Source of the DNA: an uncultured Acidobacteriota bacterium
GTDB lineage: Bacteria > Acidobacteriota > Thermoanaerobaculia > UBA5066
Length of the DNA stretch: 64,000 bases
Assembly: GCA_963779415.1 (NCBI GenBank)
Contig: CAVZYA010000001.1
Coordinates: 896,001 to 960,000, forward strand
Direction: 5' to 3'
The position numbers and the translations under genes are program-made. Numbering within the stretch: position 1 is the stretch's first letter; the number at the start of each line of letters is the position of its first letter. This document shows positions 46,601 to 55,658 of this stretch, piece after piece. The notes under the pieces were generated by a model. The model saw only the letters and a program-made list of their open reading frames with translations. It did not search any database and was not told where the DNA came from.

Positions 46601-46749
46601 CGGGCGCGCTTCTCGGGCTCCTCGACATCGTGGAATCGACCGACGCCGCCCCGACGATGCAGGCCGTCACCGCGACGGGCGATGTCGAGAAAGCCCTCCA
46701 CGCGGCGCTCGCGCGATGGGAAAGCGTCCCCGCGATTTCGAAGGAATAG
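43648..46749 (+). CDS. VPS10/sortilin-like BNR-repeat beta-propeller protein (often annotated glycosyl hydrolase)
   Basis: WRMIGPFRGGR; many SxDGGxSW Asp-boxes; GDDYH, QPTAQLYHV, GTHGRSFWILDD. Confidence 0.88.
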   Translation: MRQLFRIAGLALFGTCAFAAAVESYPPDLFREMHWRMIGPFRGGRTVGAAGVPGHRGVFYVGVNNGGVWKTNDYGLTWTPIFDGQPTQSVGTLAVAPSDPNVLYVGSGEGLQRPDLSVGDGIYRSTDGGKSWKHGALRDGEQIPAILVDPRDPKTLLVAVLGHPYGPSEERGVFRSTNGGESFRKVLYRNENTGAVALAADPKNPEVVYAALWEARQGPWENGDFRGPGSGLYKSADGGKSWKPLGNGLPTFAEGLGRIGLAVAPSDPRRLYAVVEAAPAHGGLFRSDDRGESWRRVNTEMRVWGRADDFAEVKVDPKNADVVWLANTSTYRSTDGGKSFIAVKGAPGGDDYHTIWIDPDDPKTILLASDQGATLTVNGGESWSSWYNQPTAQLYHVSTDSRFPYWVYGGQQESGSVGIASRGDYGTITLRDWYPVGADEYAYVAPDPLNPDVVYGGKVSRFSHSTKDVQDVSPEAVRSGKYRFLRTEPVVFSPADPHVLFFAGNVLFRTTTGGKSWDVISPDLSREAPEVPPSVGVYQKPEVEKSLKEHRRGVIYAVAPSPLDVNLIWAGTDDGLIHVTKDGGKSWSNVTPPALTSWSKVSMLEASRFDAGTAYAAINRIRIDDLKPHVLRTRDFGATWTEIVAGLPENAPVNAVREDPVRRGLLYAATERGVGVSFDDGESWQSLQLNLPATSVRDLVVHEDDLVVGTHGRSFWILDDVTPLRQLAAGTLNSPAHLFAPQLATRVRRSRYTDTPMPPEEPAGENPPDGAIINYYLKSQPASPVTLEILDANGAVVRRYSSTDLPEPIDPALNVPTYWVRPPRILASGPGLHRFVWDFRYPDPPASEHDYPISAVYRDTPRVPQGVLALPGPYTVKLTVDGKSTTQPLEIRMDPRVPTPPEGLAEQFALAMRISAALEKNDRALKSVRAYRAKLKERIAKASDPAEREKFEALDAKASALEGVRSGRRGRRGAATAEMDFGRIAGALLGLLDIVESTDAAPTMQAVTATGDVEKALHAALARWESVPAISKE

Positions 46750-46815
46750 CATCTTCGCAGTATCACGACCCGGACAGGCCGCCGGATCGGGCCCGATGAC
46801 ACCCGTCCGGGAGCC

Positions 46816-47424
46816 CTATTTCCCGGAGGTCATCTGGATGCTGGCGATGGGACGGGCCCCCCCTCCCGAGTAGCTCTTCAGGTCGAACTCGCCGTTCGCG
46901 ATTCTGGGCTGCAGCGAGGGTATGACGATTCCCTCGCCCTTTCCGTCGGGGCCGACCGTGATCTCGACCATTCCGATGTCGTAGTCGACGATTGCCAGTT
47001 GTGTGTACTCGGCCACCATCGACATCGGCCGGGCGGCGACGAAGAGGACTTTACGGCCACCGTTTGGAAGCGCCGTCGCCCGGATGATGGGAATCGGGTA
47101 GCCCACTCTCGAGGCGAAGCGGACCCAGCCTCTCTGGTCCGCATTGAAGAGTGCGTTGACGAAGGCCGTCTGGCCTTTCTCCCTGAACAGGGTCTCCCAC
47201 TGCGTGATCTCGGCGTCGGTACTCAGACTGTCCACGCGAGCCTGGAACATGGTCGTCTCAGGGCCGACCCCTCCCATCGTCGGGACGACGCCGGAGAAGG
47301 CGAGGGGCAGCGGCATCTGCGCCGCCGGCACGGCCGGCGCCCCGGACGAGGCCGAGGGCGAGCCGGAGCAGCCGAGAATCGTCATCGCGAAAAGCAGGAA
47401 AAAAGGGAGCGTTCTCCTGGACAT
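46816..47424 (-). CDS. Hypothetical lipoprotein
   Basis: ATG 47424; lipobox TILGC; globular C-terminal part. Confidence 0.65.
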   Translation of the reverse strand: MSRRTLPFFLLFAMTILGCSGSPSASSGAPAVPAAQMPLPLAFSGVVPTMGGVGPETTMFQARVDSLSTDAEITQWETLFREKGQTAFVNALFNADQRGWVRFASRVGYPIPIIRATALPNGGRKVLFVAARPMSMVAEYTQLAIVDYDIGMVEITVGPDGKGEGIVIPSLQPRIANGEFDLKSYSGGGARPIASIQMTSGK

Positions 47425-47666
47425 GACCCTGCGCCTTTCTTTCAGGCTGGTGGACTCTCGACTCTGAGGATCGTCATACCCTCGCCGACAGCGAGTCTCC
47501 CACACACCGCCGCCCCTGACTGTCCCGGGTCGCTTCCTCGAACGCCTCGACCGGAATCGGGAATAGACTTCCCCCAGTAACACGACCCTGACGGGCCGCC
47601 GGATTGAGCGCTGCCGCGCCGGGGGGCACGACCCGCCCCTTCCTCCGACCCGGGGAGGCACTTGGC

Positions 47667-50399
47667 ATGGGCCTCTCCGCCGGCACGAAGCTCGGCCCAT
47701 ACGAAGTCCTTGCCCCTGTCGGCGCGGGGGGGATGGGTGAGGTTTACCGGGCGAGGGACACGCGACTGGGGCGAGAGGTAGCGGTCAAGGTCCTGCCGGA
47801 GAATTTCCTGGAAAGTGAAGAAGGAAAAGCGCGCTTCGAGAGGGAAGCTCGCGCGCTCGCGGCGCTGAACCACCCGAACATCGCAGTTGTCTACGCATTC
47901 GAAGAGATCCCCGGCTCTTCCGGCTCCCCGTCTCGCCACCTCCTCGCTATGGAGCTTCTGGAGGGCCAGACGTTACGCGAGGCGCTGGCCAAAGGGCCGC
48001 TTGTACTCCGGAAAGCTCTCGACATCGGGCTGCAGGTGGCGGAAGGGCTCGCGGCAGCGCACGGGAAGGGGGTCGTCCACCGCGACGTCAAGCCGGAAAA
48101 CATCTTCCTGACGAAGGACGGCCACGCCAAGCTCCTCGACTTCGGCCTGGCCCGGCACGACGTCTCCCGCCACGACGCCTCCGACACACGGTCTCCCACG
48201 CTCGCGGCAGTAAGCGAAAAGGGGGTCGTCCTCGGGACGGTGGCTTACATGTCGCCGGAGCAGGCGCGAGGGGAGACCGTCGACTTTCGGAGCGACCAGT
48301 TCTCGCTCGGGACGGTTCTCTACGAGATGCTGACAGGTGAGCGCCCGTTTGTCCGCGACTCCGCGGCCGAGACGATGGCAGCCATCATCCGGGACGAGCA
48401 GGACCCGGTGACGAAGGTCGATCCGAAGCTTCCGCCGGTTCTCGGCTGGGTCGTCCAGCAATGTCTCTCGAAGGATCCGGAGGAGCGTTATTCCTCGACC
48501 AAAGACCTCGCAAAGGAGCTTCAGAACCTCCTGACGCACCTCTCCGAGGCCGTCAGTGCGACCGACCTAGCGCCCGGCGAAACGCCGCGTCTCCGCCGCC
48601 GGGTTCCCTTCTGGGCGCTGGCGGCTGCTGTCGTGTTCGCCGTCGCACTCGGCCTCTTCGTGGGCAACCGATTCGTTCGAACCGGATCTCCTCGGGCTTC
48701 GTCCCTCAGCCTTACGCTTTCGTTCCCGGTCGATGCGGCACCAGATACAAGCGAAGTGAACCCGCTTGCCCTCACACCCGACGGGAAGACCCTCGTCTAC
48801 TCGGGATCCAACAGTGGCAAATCGATGCTCTTCGTCCGCCGGCTCGACCTCGACGAGATCAAGCCGATCCCGGGGACTGAAGGGGCGTGCCTTCCGTTCA
48901 TCTCCCCGGACGGTCTGGAGGTTGGCTTCTTCGCCAATAGAAAGCTGAAGAAGGCGGCGCTCGGCGGAGGCCCCCCGATCGTTCTTTGCGATGCTCCGGT
49001 CTCCCGCGGGGGGAGCTGGGGGAGGGACGGAACGATCGTCTTCGCGCCGAGCGCGATTTCGGGTCTCTGGCGTATCCCGGCGTCGGGTGGAGAGCTGCGA
49101 CAGCTGACGACTCCGGATGCCGCGAACGGCGAGAGACACTACTTTCCGCAGTTCCTTCCGGACGGAGAGCACATCCTCTTCGATCTCAAGGACCGGAATC
49201 TGACGAGCCGGGCCGCCGTCGTATCTCTTCGCACGGGCGAGACGCGGATCGTGGCTCAGGACACCGCGAACCCCCGGTTTCTACCGACCGGGCATCTCGT
49301 CTTCTCGCGCCCCGGCACGCTCTTCGCCGTCCCTTTCAATCTGCAGCGTCTCGAAACGTCCGGCGCTCCTCTTCCGATCCTCGACGATCTTGTGACGAGT
49401 TGGGCCGGAATAGCCCAGGCCTATTACGCGTTCTCGCAGGAAGGGACGCTCGTCTACGTACCCGACCAGCAGCTTCGGCGGACACTCGTCTGGGTGGACC
49501 GGAAAGGCGCGGCGGAGCGGCTTCCTTTTCCCCCCGCGGGCTACTACGAAGTGGCCCTTTCGACCGATGGAGAGCGGCTCGCGGCCACCACTGCTGACAA
49601 AGGCGAAAAAGAGGCGCTCCTGATCGGCGATCTCGCCCGGGGAACACTCAGCCGTTCCACGGCGGACGGAGCTTTCCACGGTCTGGCCTGGGCGCCCGAC
49701 GGAAAACGGGTTGCCTTCAGCTTCGCGCCTGGCGGAAGAGGGCTTCTTCACGTCTACTGGCAGGACGCCGATGGAAGCACGCCGCCCGTGCGCATGACGG
49801 GCGAGTCGGCGGAGCAATCAGACCACCCTGCTTCTTTCTCGCCCGACGGCAACGTCCTGCTGGTCAAGGTGTGGAACTACGCCGACACCAGCCCCACCCG
49901 CACGGGCTGGGACCTCTTCGTCCTTCCGCTCGGCGGGGGGAGAACACCCCGTCCCTTCCTCCAGACAAAGTTCAATGAAGTCAACGCCCAGTTCTCGCCT
50001 GACGGCCGATGGGTCGCGTACGAGTCGGACGAGTCCGGGCGCCTTGAGGTCTTCGTCCGGCCGTTTCCGGGACCGGGTGGAAAGTGGCAAATCTCGACGG
50101 AAGGGGGGAGCGGTCCGCGCTGGCTCCGCAACGGGCGGGAGCTTTGCTACCGGAACGAGGACAAGATGATGGTCGTGGATGTCGAGACCAAGCCGACGTT
50201 TCGGCCCGGGCGGCCACGGACGCTCTTCGAGGGGCATTATTTGCAGCTATTCGAGGGTTGCCATGACTATGACGTCGCACCCGACGGCCAGCGATTCCTG
50301 ATGATCAAACCGGACCCCGCCGAGTCGGGCCCGGCCCACGTCAAGGTCGTCCTGAACTGGTTCGAGGAGGTGAAGCGGCGAGTCCCGGGGGCGAAGTGA
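47667..50399 (+). CDS. Ser/Thr protein kinase - TM - TolB-like propeller (K3)
   Basis: SD GGAGG then ATG 47667; HRDVKPEN, DFGLAR, YMSPE; TM helix; SPDG repeats. Confidence 0.93.
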   Translation: MGLSAGTKLGPYEVLAPVGAGGMGEVYRARDTRLGREVAVKVLPENFLESEEGKARFEREARALAALNHPNIAVVYAFEEIPGSSGSPSRHLLAMELLEGQTLREALAKGPLVLRKALDIGLQVAEGLAAAHGKGVVHRDVKPENIFLTKDGHAKLLDFGLARHDVSRHDASDTRSPTLAAVSEKGVVLGTVAYMSPEQARGETVDFRSDQFSLGTVLYEMLTGERPFVRDSAAETMAAIIRDEQDPVTKVDPKLPPVLGWVVQQCLSKDPEERYSSTKDLAKELQNLLTHLSEAVSATDLAPGETPRLRRRVPFWALAAAVVFAVALGLFVGNRFVRTGSPRASSLSLTLSFPVDAAPDTSEVNPLALTPDGKTLVYSGSNSGKSMLFVRRLDLDEIKPIPGTEGACLPFISPDGLEVGFFANRKLKKAALGGGPPIVLCDAPVSRGGSWGRDGTIVFAPSAISGLWRIPASGGELRQLTTPDAANGERHYFPQFLPDGEHILFDLKDRNLTSRAAVVSLRTGETRIVAQDTANPRFLPTGHLVFSRPGTLFAVPFNLQRLETSGAPLPILDDLVTSWAGIAQAYYAFSQEGTLVYVPDQQLRRTLVWVDRKGAAERLPFPPAGYYEVALSTDGERLAATTADKGEKEALLIGDLARGTLSRSTADGAFHGLAWAPDGKRVAFSFAPGGRGLLHVYWQDADGSTPPVRMTGESAEQSDHPASFSPDGNVLLVKVWNYADTSPTRTGWDLFVLPLGGGRTPRPFLQTKFNEVNAQFSPDGRWVAYESDESGRLEVFVRPFPGPGGKWQISTEGGSGPRWLRNGRELCYRNEDKMMVVDVETKPTFRPGRPRTLFEGHYLQLFEGCHDYDVAPDGQRFLMIKPDPAESGPAHVKVVLNWFEEVKRRVPGAK

Positions 50400-50462
50400 G
50401 TTGAGAGCCTCCGAATCAACCCGATTGCGGGGCTAGAATCTCCGCGGTAGCACCAAAACGAA

Positions 50463-53195
50463 GTGAGCCTCGCCGCAGGCACTCGCCTCGGGCCGTACGA
50501 GATCCAAGCCCCTCTTGGCGCGGGTGGGATGGGAGAGGTCTACCGGGCGACGGACACGCGGCTCGACCGGCCGGTCGCGCTGAAAGTCCTGCCGGACGCT
50601 TTCTTCGAGAACAGGGAGAGCCTCGCGCGTTTCGAGCGGGAGGCGAAGGCGCTGGCCGCCGTCAGCCACCCGAACATCGCCGTCATCTATTCATTCGAAG
50701 AGGTCTCTGGCCGGTACCTTCTCGTCCAGGAGCTTCTGGAAGGCGAGACGCTCCGCGAGGCGCTGACCAAGGCACCCTTGCCCCTGCGGAAGGCCCTCGA
50801 CGTGGGGCTACAGGTGGCGGAGGGGCTCGCGGCGGCGCACGGGAAAGGGATCGTCCACCGCGACGTCAAGCCCGACAACGTCTTCCTGACGAGGGACGGT
50901 CACGCCAAGCTCCTCGACTTCGGCCTCGCCCGGCGGGAGGCCACGCGCCACGATCCGGCCGACACCCGATCTCCGACGCTCGCCGGCGTGACCGAAAAGG
51001 GGGTCGTCCTCGGGACGGTGGCCTACATGTCGCCGGAGCAGGCGCGCGGCGAGACCGTGGACTTCCGGAGCGATCAGTTCTCGCTCGGGGTCGTCCTCTA
51101 CGAGATGCTGACCGGGAAGCGCCCCTTCGCAGGGGCCTCGGCCGCCGAGTCAATGGCCGCCACCATCCGGGACGAGCCGGAGCCGGTGACGAAGGTCGAT
51201 CCGAAGCTTCCGCCGGTTCTCGGCTGGATCGTCCAGCGCTGTCTCTCGAAGGACCCGGAAGAGCGCTATTCCTCGACCAAAGACCTCGCCAAGGAGCTGC
51301 AGAACCTCCGGACGCATCTCTCCGATGCCGTCAGCGCGACGGAGGTCTCGACCGGCGAAACGCCCCGGCTCCGCCGACGAGTCCCCCTCTGGGCGCTCCT
51401 GTCCGCCGGTGCGCTCGCCGTCGTGCTCGGCCTCCTGCTCGTCATCCGGCTCTTTCGGCCAGGACCTGTCCGACCCCTTCCCCTCGACCTCTCGCTCTCC
51501 TTCCCGGTCGACGCCTCACCGGACATCTTCAACACGAACCCGCTTGCTCTCACGCCCGACGGGAAGACCCTCGTCTATGCGGGAATGCGGGACACCAAGC
51601 CAATGCTCTTCGTCCGTCGGCTCGACCGCGACGAGATCCGGCCGATTTCCGGGACGGACGGAGCGGCCCTGCCCTTCCTCTCCCCGGACGGTCTCCAGGT
51701 GGGGTTCTTCGCCGACGGAAAGCTGAAGAAGGTGGCGCTCGACGGCGGGTCGCCGATGACTCTCTGCGATGCCCGGATCCCCCGCGGCGGGAGCTGGGGA
51801 GTGGACGGCACGATCGTCTTCACGCCGAGCGCGATGTCCGGCCTCCAACGCATCTCGTCTTCGGGCGGAGAGCCTCGCCCGGTGACGACTCCGGACGCGG
51901 CGAAGGGTGAGAGGCACCTCTTTCCTCAGTTTCTTCCGGATGGAGAGCACGTCCTCTTCGACCTCACGGATCGCGATCGGACGGGCGGGGCTGCCGTCGT
52001 CTCGCTCCGGACCGGCGAGCAGAAGATCGTCGCGGAAGACGCCCCGTACGCGCGCTATCTCCCGACAGGACATCTCGTCTTCACGCGCCCCGGTTCGCTC
52101 GTCGCCGTCTCGTTCGACCTGAAGAAACTCGAGGCGTCCGGGCCTCCCGTCCCGATTCTCACCGATCTCGTGACGAATCTCAGTTTCCTGCGGACGGCCG
52201 AGTACGCTTTCTCGCAGGACGGAACGCTCGTCTACGTCCCGACCCGGTCGCTTCAGCGGACGTTCGTCTGGGTGGACCGGAAAGGAGCCGTGGAGCGAAT
52301 TCCGTTCCCGGCCGGAGGCTACGAGGAGGTCGTCCTCTCGCCGGACGGAGGGCGGCTCGCCACGAGAGCCATCGACAAGAGCGAGAAGATGACGCTTCTG
52401 TTTGGAGACCTCGCCCGGGGGACTCTCACCCGGTCGACGGCCGAAGGATCCTTCCAGTGCCTCGCCTGGGCACCGGACGGGAAACGGGTGGCCTTCGGCT
52501 TCAAGCCTGCCGGAGGACGAGGGCTCTTCAGCGTCTTCTGGCAGAACGCCGACGGAAGCGCCCCTCCGGAACGGCTGACGGGCGAGACGCGGCTCCAGAT
52601 GGAGCTGCCGACGTCCTTCTCGACCGACGGCAGCCTGACGCTCGTCCAGGTGATGGACTACGCGGATACGAGCCCGGCCAATACCCGCTGGGACATCTTC
52701 GTCCTTCCGCTCCGAGGGGAACGGCAGATGCGTCCCTTCCTGAAGACGCGGGCAAAGGAGGAGCTTGCGCGGTTCTCGCCCGACGGCCGCTGGGTCGCGT
52801 ATCGGTCGGACGAGTCGGGCCAGCTGGAGATCTTCGTCCAGCCCTTCCCGGGCCCGGGTCCCAAGTGGCAGATCTCGACCGAAGGCGGGAGCGAGCCTCG
52901 CTGGTCCCGGAGCGGCCACGAGCTCTTCTACCGGCAGGACGACAAGCTAAATCGCCAGAACGACAAGATGATGGTCGTCGATGTCGAGACGGCGCCGACG
53001 TTCCGAGCCGGCCGTCCACGGGTGCTCTTCGAAGGGCAGTTCTACGACTTCGGCATCAACTGCTATGACGTCACGCCCGACGGCTCGCGCTTCATCATGA
53101 TCAAGGAGGACCCCGCCGAGCTGGGCCCGGCGCACGTCAACGTCGTCCTGAACTGGTTCGATGAGGTGAAGCGGCAGGTCCCAGGGGCGAAGTGA
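50463..53195 (+). CDS. Ser/Thr protein kinase - TM - TolB-like propeller (K4), tandem paralogue of K3
   Basis: Same length as K3 (910 aa); shared DNA runs (e.g. GACGAAGGTCGATCCGAAGCTTCCGCCGGTTCTCGGCTGG); both end VPGAK. Confidence 0.93.
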   Translation: MSLAAGTRLGPYEIQAPLGAGGMGEVYRATDTRLDRPVALKVLPDAFFENRESLARFEREAKALAAVSHPNIAVIYSFEEVSGRYLLVQELLEGETLREALTKAPLPLRKALDVGLQVAEGLAAAHGKGIVHRDVKPDNVFLTRDGHAKLLDFGLARREATRHDPADTRSPTLAGVTEKGVVLGTVAYMSPEQARGETVDFRSDQFSLGVVLYEMLTGKRPFAGASAAESMAATIRDEPEPVTKVDPKLPPVLGWIVQRCLSKDPEERYSSTKDLAKELQNLRTHLSDAVSATEVSTGETPRLRRRVPLWALLSAGALAVVLGLLLVIRLFRPGPVRPLPLDLSLSFPVDASPDIFNTNPLALTPDGKTLVYAGMRDTKPMLFVRRLDRDEIRPISGTDGAALPFLSPDGLQVGFFADGKLKKVALDGGSPMTLCDARIPRGGSWGVDGTIVFTPSAMSGLQRISSSGGEPRPVTTPDAAKGERHLFPQFLPDGEHVLFDLTDRDRTGGAAVVSLRTGEQKIVAEDAPYARYLPTGHLVFTRPGSLVAVSFDLKKLEASGPPVPILTDLVTNLSFLRTAEYAFSQDGTLVYVPTRSLQRTFVWVDRKGAVERIPFPAGGYEEVVLSPDGGRLATRAIDKSEKMTLLFGDLARGTLTRSTAEGSFQCLAWAPDGKRVAFGFKPAGGRGLFSVFWQNADGSAPPERLTGETRLQMELPTSFSTDGSLTLVQVMDYADTSPANTRWDIFVLPLRGERQMRPFLKTRAKEELARFSPDGRWVAYRSDESGQLEIFVQPFPGPGPKWQISTEGGSEPRWSRSGHELFYRQDDKLNRQNDKMMVVDVETAPTFRAGRPRVLFEGQFYDFGINCYDVTPDGSRFIMIKEDPAELGPAHVNVVLNWFDEVKRQVPGAK

Positions 53196-53233
53196 CGATT
53201 TGATGCAAGAATGGTTGATGCTATGATGTCATC

Positions 53234-53500
53234 ATGAGGACCACGTTGACACTCGATGACGACGTCGCCGCTCTGCTGAAGGAAAGAGCCCGCCGCCAGG
53301 ATCTCACCATGAAGAGGGCGGTGAACGACGCGTTGCGGGCGGGGCTGCTCAGGACGGGCTCGGGCCGGCCCCGTCGCTACCGACTCAAGCCGGCGTCGCT
53401 CGGGGGTCCCCTTCCGGGCATCGACCTCGACAAGGCGCTTGGCCTCTCCGGGACGCTCGAGGACCTCGAGATCTACCGGAAGCTGGAGCTCCGGAAGTGA
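53234..53500 (+). CDS. vapB: VapB-type antitoxin (RHH/CopG)
   Basis: MRTTLTLDDDV..AVNDALRAGL; TATGAT 6 nt upstream; overlaps vapC. Confidence 0.88.
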   Translation: MRTTLTLDDDVAALLKERARRQDLTMKRAVNDALRAGLLRTGSGRPRRYRLKPASLGGPLPGIDLDKALGLSGTLEDLEIYRKLELRK

Positions 53501-53925
53501 TCCTCGTCGATGCCAACCTCCTCGTCTACGCCGTGGATGCGGACTCCCCCCGCCACCGCCCGGCCCGGCGCTGGCTGGAGGAGACCCTCTCGGGCTCGTC
53601 TGCGGTCGGCCTTCCCTGGATCGTTCTTCTCGCCTTTCTTCGACTGACGACGCGCACGGGGATCCTGAGAAAGCCGCTTCGGCCGGAACGCGCGCTAGGG
53701 TACGTCGACTCCTGGCTGGCCCAGCCCTACGTCGCGGCGGTCGGGCCGGGCCCGGGGCACTGGGCCGTCCTCAGAAACCTCCTGAGGACGACCGGCCTCG
53801 CAGGGAACCTCACCTCGGATGCGCATCTCGCGGCCCTCGCAATCGAGCGCGGCGCTCCGGTCTACTCGACCGACCACGACTTCCGGCGGTTCCCCGGCGT
53901 CGAGCACGTCGACCCGCTCGCGTAA
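53497..53925 (+). CDS. vapC: VapC PIN-domain toxin
   Basis: ILVDANLLVYA, GNLTSDAHLAALAIE, STDHDFRRF. Confidence 0.92.
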   Translation: MILVDANLLVYAVDADSPRHRPARRWLEETLSGSSAVGLPWIVLLAFLRLTTRTGILRKPLRPERALGYVDSWLAQPYVAAVGPGPGHWAVLRNLLRTTGLAGNLTSDAHLAALAIERGAPVYSTDHDFRRFPGVEHVDPLA

Positions 53926-53967
53926 CGGCAGGACCCGCGCCATGGGCTCGTCCTCACTCCCGGCGCG

Positions 53968-55596
53968 CTACGACGTCAGCCCGACGACCTTGCCGTCCAC
54001 GAGGTCGATCCGCTCGGCGGCGGGGAAGGTCGGAAGGCCCGGCATCCGGAGGACTTCGCCGAGGAGCGGCACGAGGTAGCCCGCCCCCGCCGCAAGGAGA
54101 ACGCCCCGGACGGTGATCCCGAAGTCCCCGGGGCGCCCGAGGCGCCTTGGGTCGTCGGAAAGCGACGTCTGGGTCTTGGCGACGCAGAGCGGAAGCAGCT
54201 CGTACCCGAACCGCATCGCCATCTCGAGGTCGCTCTCGGCCTCGTGGCTCCATGTCACGTCCTTCGCACCGTACATGGCGTGGGCGATCTTCAGGAGCTT
54301 CACCTTGGGCGGGTCGTTCCGTTCGTAGAGGGGCCGGAAACGGCCGGCATCTCGCGACGCGACCCCGACGACGGCCTCCGCCAGCGCGGTTCCCCCTTCG
54401 CCCCCCTTCATGAAGACGTCGGCAACGGCAAAGGGGACCTTCAGCCGCTCACACTCCGCCCGGACGACCGCGATCTCCTCCTCCGTGTCGGCGGCGAATC
54501 GGTTCAGCGCGATGACGGGCCCCTCGCCGAAGGTCCGGATGCTCTCGACGTGCTTGTCCAGATTCGGGAGTCCCCGTTCCACGGCCTTCGGGTCGGGAAC
54601 GGTCAGGGCGTCCTTCGAGGCACCGCCGTGCAGCTTCAGCGCCCGGATCGTCGCGACGAGGACGACGGCCGCCGTGTCGAGGCCGGCCGAAACGCTCTTG
54701 ATGTCGAAGAACTTCTCGGCGCCGAGATCGACGCCGAAGCCGGCCTCCGTCACCGTGTAGTCGGCGTATGCCAGCGCCATCTTCGTCGCGAGGACCGAGT
54801 TGCAGCCGTGGGCGATGTTCGCGAAGGGCCCGCCGTGGACGAAGGCGGGGACCCCCTCGAGCGCCTGGACGAGGTTCGGCTTCAGGGCGTCCTTGAGGAG
54901 GACCATCATCGCCCCGACGGCCTGGAGGTCCGCCGCCGTGATCGGGTCCTTCTCGCGGGTCAGGGCCACGACGATGCGCGAGAGGCGCGCCCGGAGATCC
55001 TCCGCGTCCTCGGCGAGGCAGAGGGCCGCCATCACCTCCGAGGCCGGTGTGATGTCGAAGCCCGTTTCGCGCGGCACCCCCTCCATGGCACCGCCGAGGC
55101 CGATGACGACGTGGCGGAGCGACCGGTCGTTCATGTCGATGACGCGCCGCCAGAGGACGCGGCGGGGGTCGATACCGAGGGCGTCGCCGTGCTGCATGTT
55201 GTTGTCGAGAAGGGCGGCGAGGAGGTTGTGAGCGGCCGAGACGGCATGGAAGTCGCCCGTGAAGTGGAGGTTGATGTCGGCCTCCGGGACGACCCGGGCG
55301 AGACCGCCGCCGGTCGCCCCTCCCTTCAACCCGAACGTGGGGCCGAGCGATGGCTCGCGCAGGGCGAGGCAGGCTCGTTTCCCGATCCGCGCGAGCCCCT
55401 GCGCGAGACCGATGGAGATCGTCGTCTTCCCTTCGCCGGCCTCCGTCGGGGTGATCGCCGAGACGAGGATCAGCTTCCCCGGCGACCGGCCCGAGTCCCG
55501 GGCCGCCAGCGAGACTTTCGCCTTGTCGTCCCCGTAGAGCGTCAATTGATGGTGCGGGATTCCGAGGGAGGCGGCCACGTCGACGATCGGGCGCAT
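53968..55596 (-). CDS. fhs: Formate--tetrahydrofolate ligase
   Basis: TPTEAGEGKTT, REPSLGP..KGGATGGG, HGGPFANIAHG, TEAGFG, MPGLP. Confidence 0.96.
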   Translation of the reverse strand: MRPIVDVAASLGIPHHQLTLYGDDKAKVSLAARDSGRSPGKLILVSAITPTEAGEGKTTISIGLAQGLARIGKRACLALREPSLGPTFGLKGGATGGGLARVVPEADINLHFTGDFHAVSAAHNLLAALLDNNMQHGDALGIDPRRVLWRRVIDMNDRSLRHVVIGLGGAMEGVPRETGFDITPASEVMAALCLAEDAEDLRARLSRIVVALTREKDPITAADLQAVGAMMVLLKDALKPNLVQALEGVPAFVHGGPFANIAHGCNSVLATKMALAYADYTVTEAGFGVDLGAEKFFDIKSVSAGLDTAAVVLVATIRALKLHGGASKDALTVPDPKAVERGLPNLDKHVESIRTFGEGPVIALNRFAADTEEEIAVVRAECERLKVPFAVADVFMKGGEGGTALAEAVVGVASRDAGRFRPLYERNDPPKVKLLKIAHAMYGAKDVTWSHEAESDLEMAMRFGYELLPLCVAKTQTSLSDDPRRLGRPGDFGITVRGVLLAAGAGYLVPLLGEVLRMPGLPTFPAAERIDLVDGKVVGLTS

Positions 55597-55658
55597 CGGA
55601 ATTCCCTCCACCCTAATTGTGGCTCCGGGAACGCCCCCGCCTCACTGGGGCGTCTGCA

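Noticed and set aside
43552-46799. Two 1066-aa ORFs overlapping the VPS10 gene
   Set aside because: Alternative-frame and antisense shadows, Arg/Pro-rich; only 43648-46749 has family motifs
46770-46811. Hairpin CCCGGAC...GTCCGGG between convergent genes
   Set aside because: Long loop and no U-tract; too weak to call a terminator
47576-47645. Guanidine-II (mini-ykkC) or ZTP riboswitch
   Set aside because: The ACGA sequences are not closed as tetraloops by paired stems, ZTP consensus elements are missing and the downstream gene does not fit
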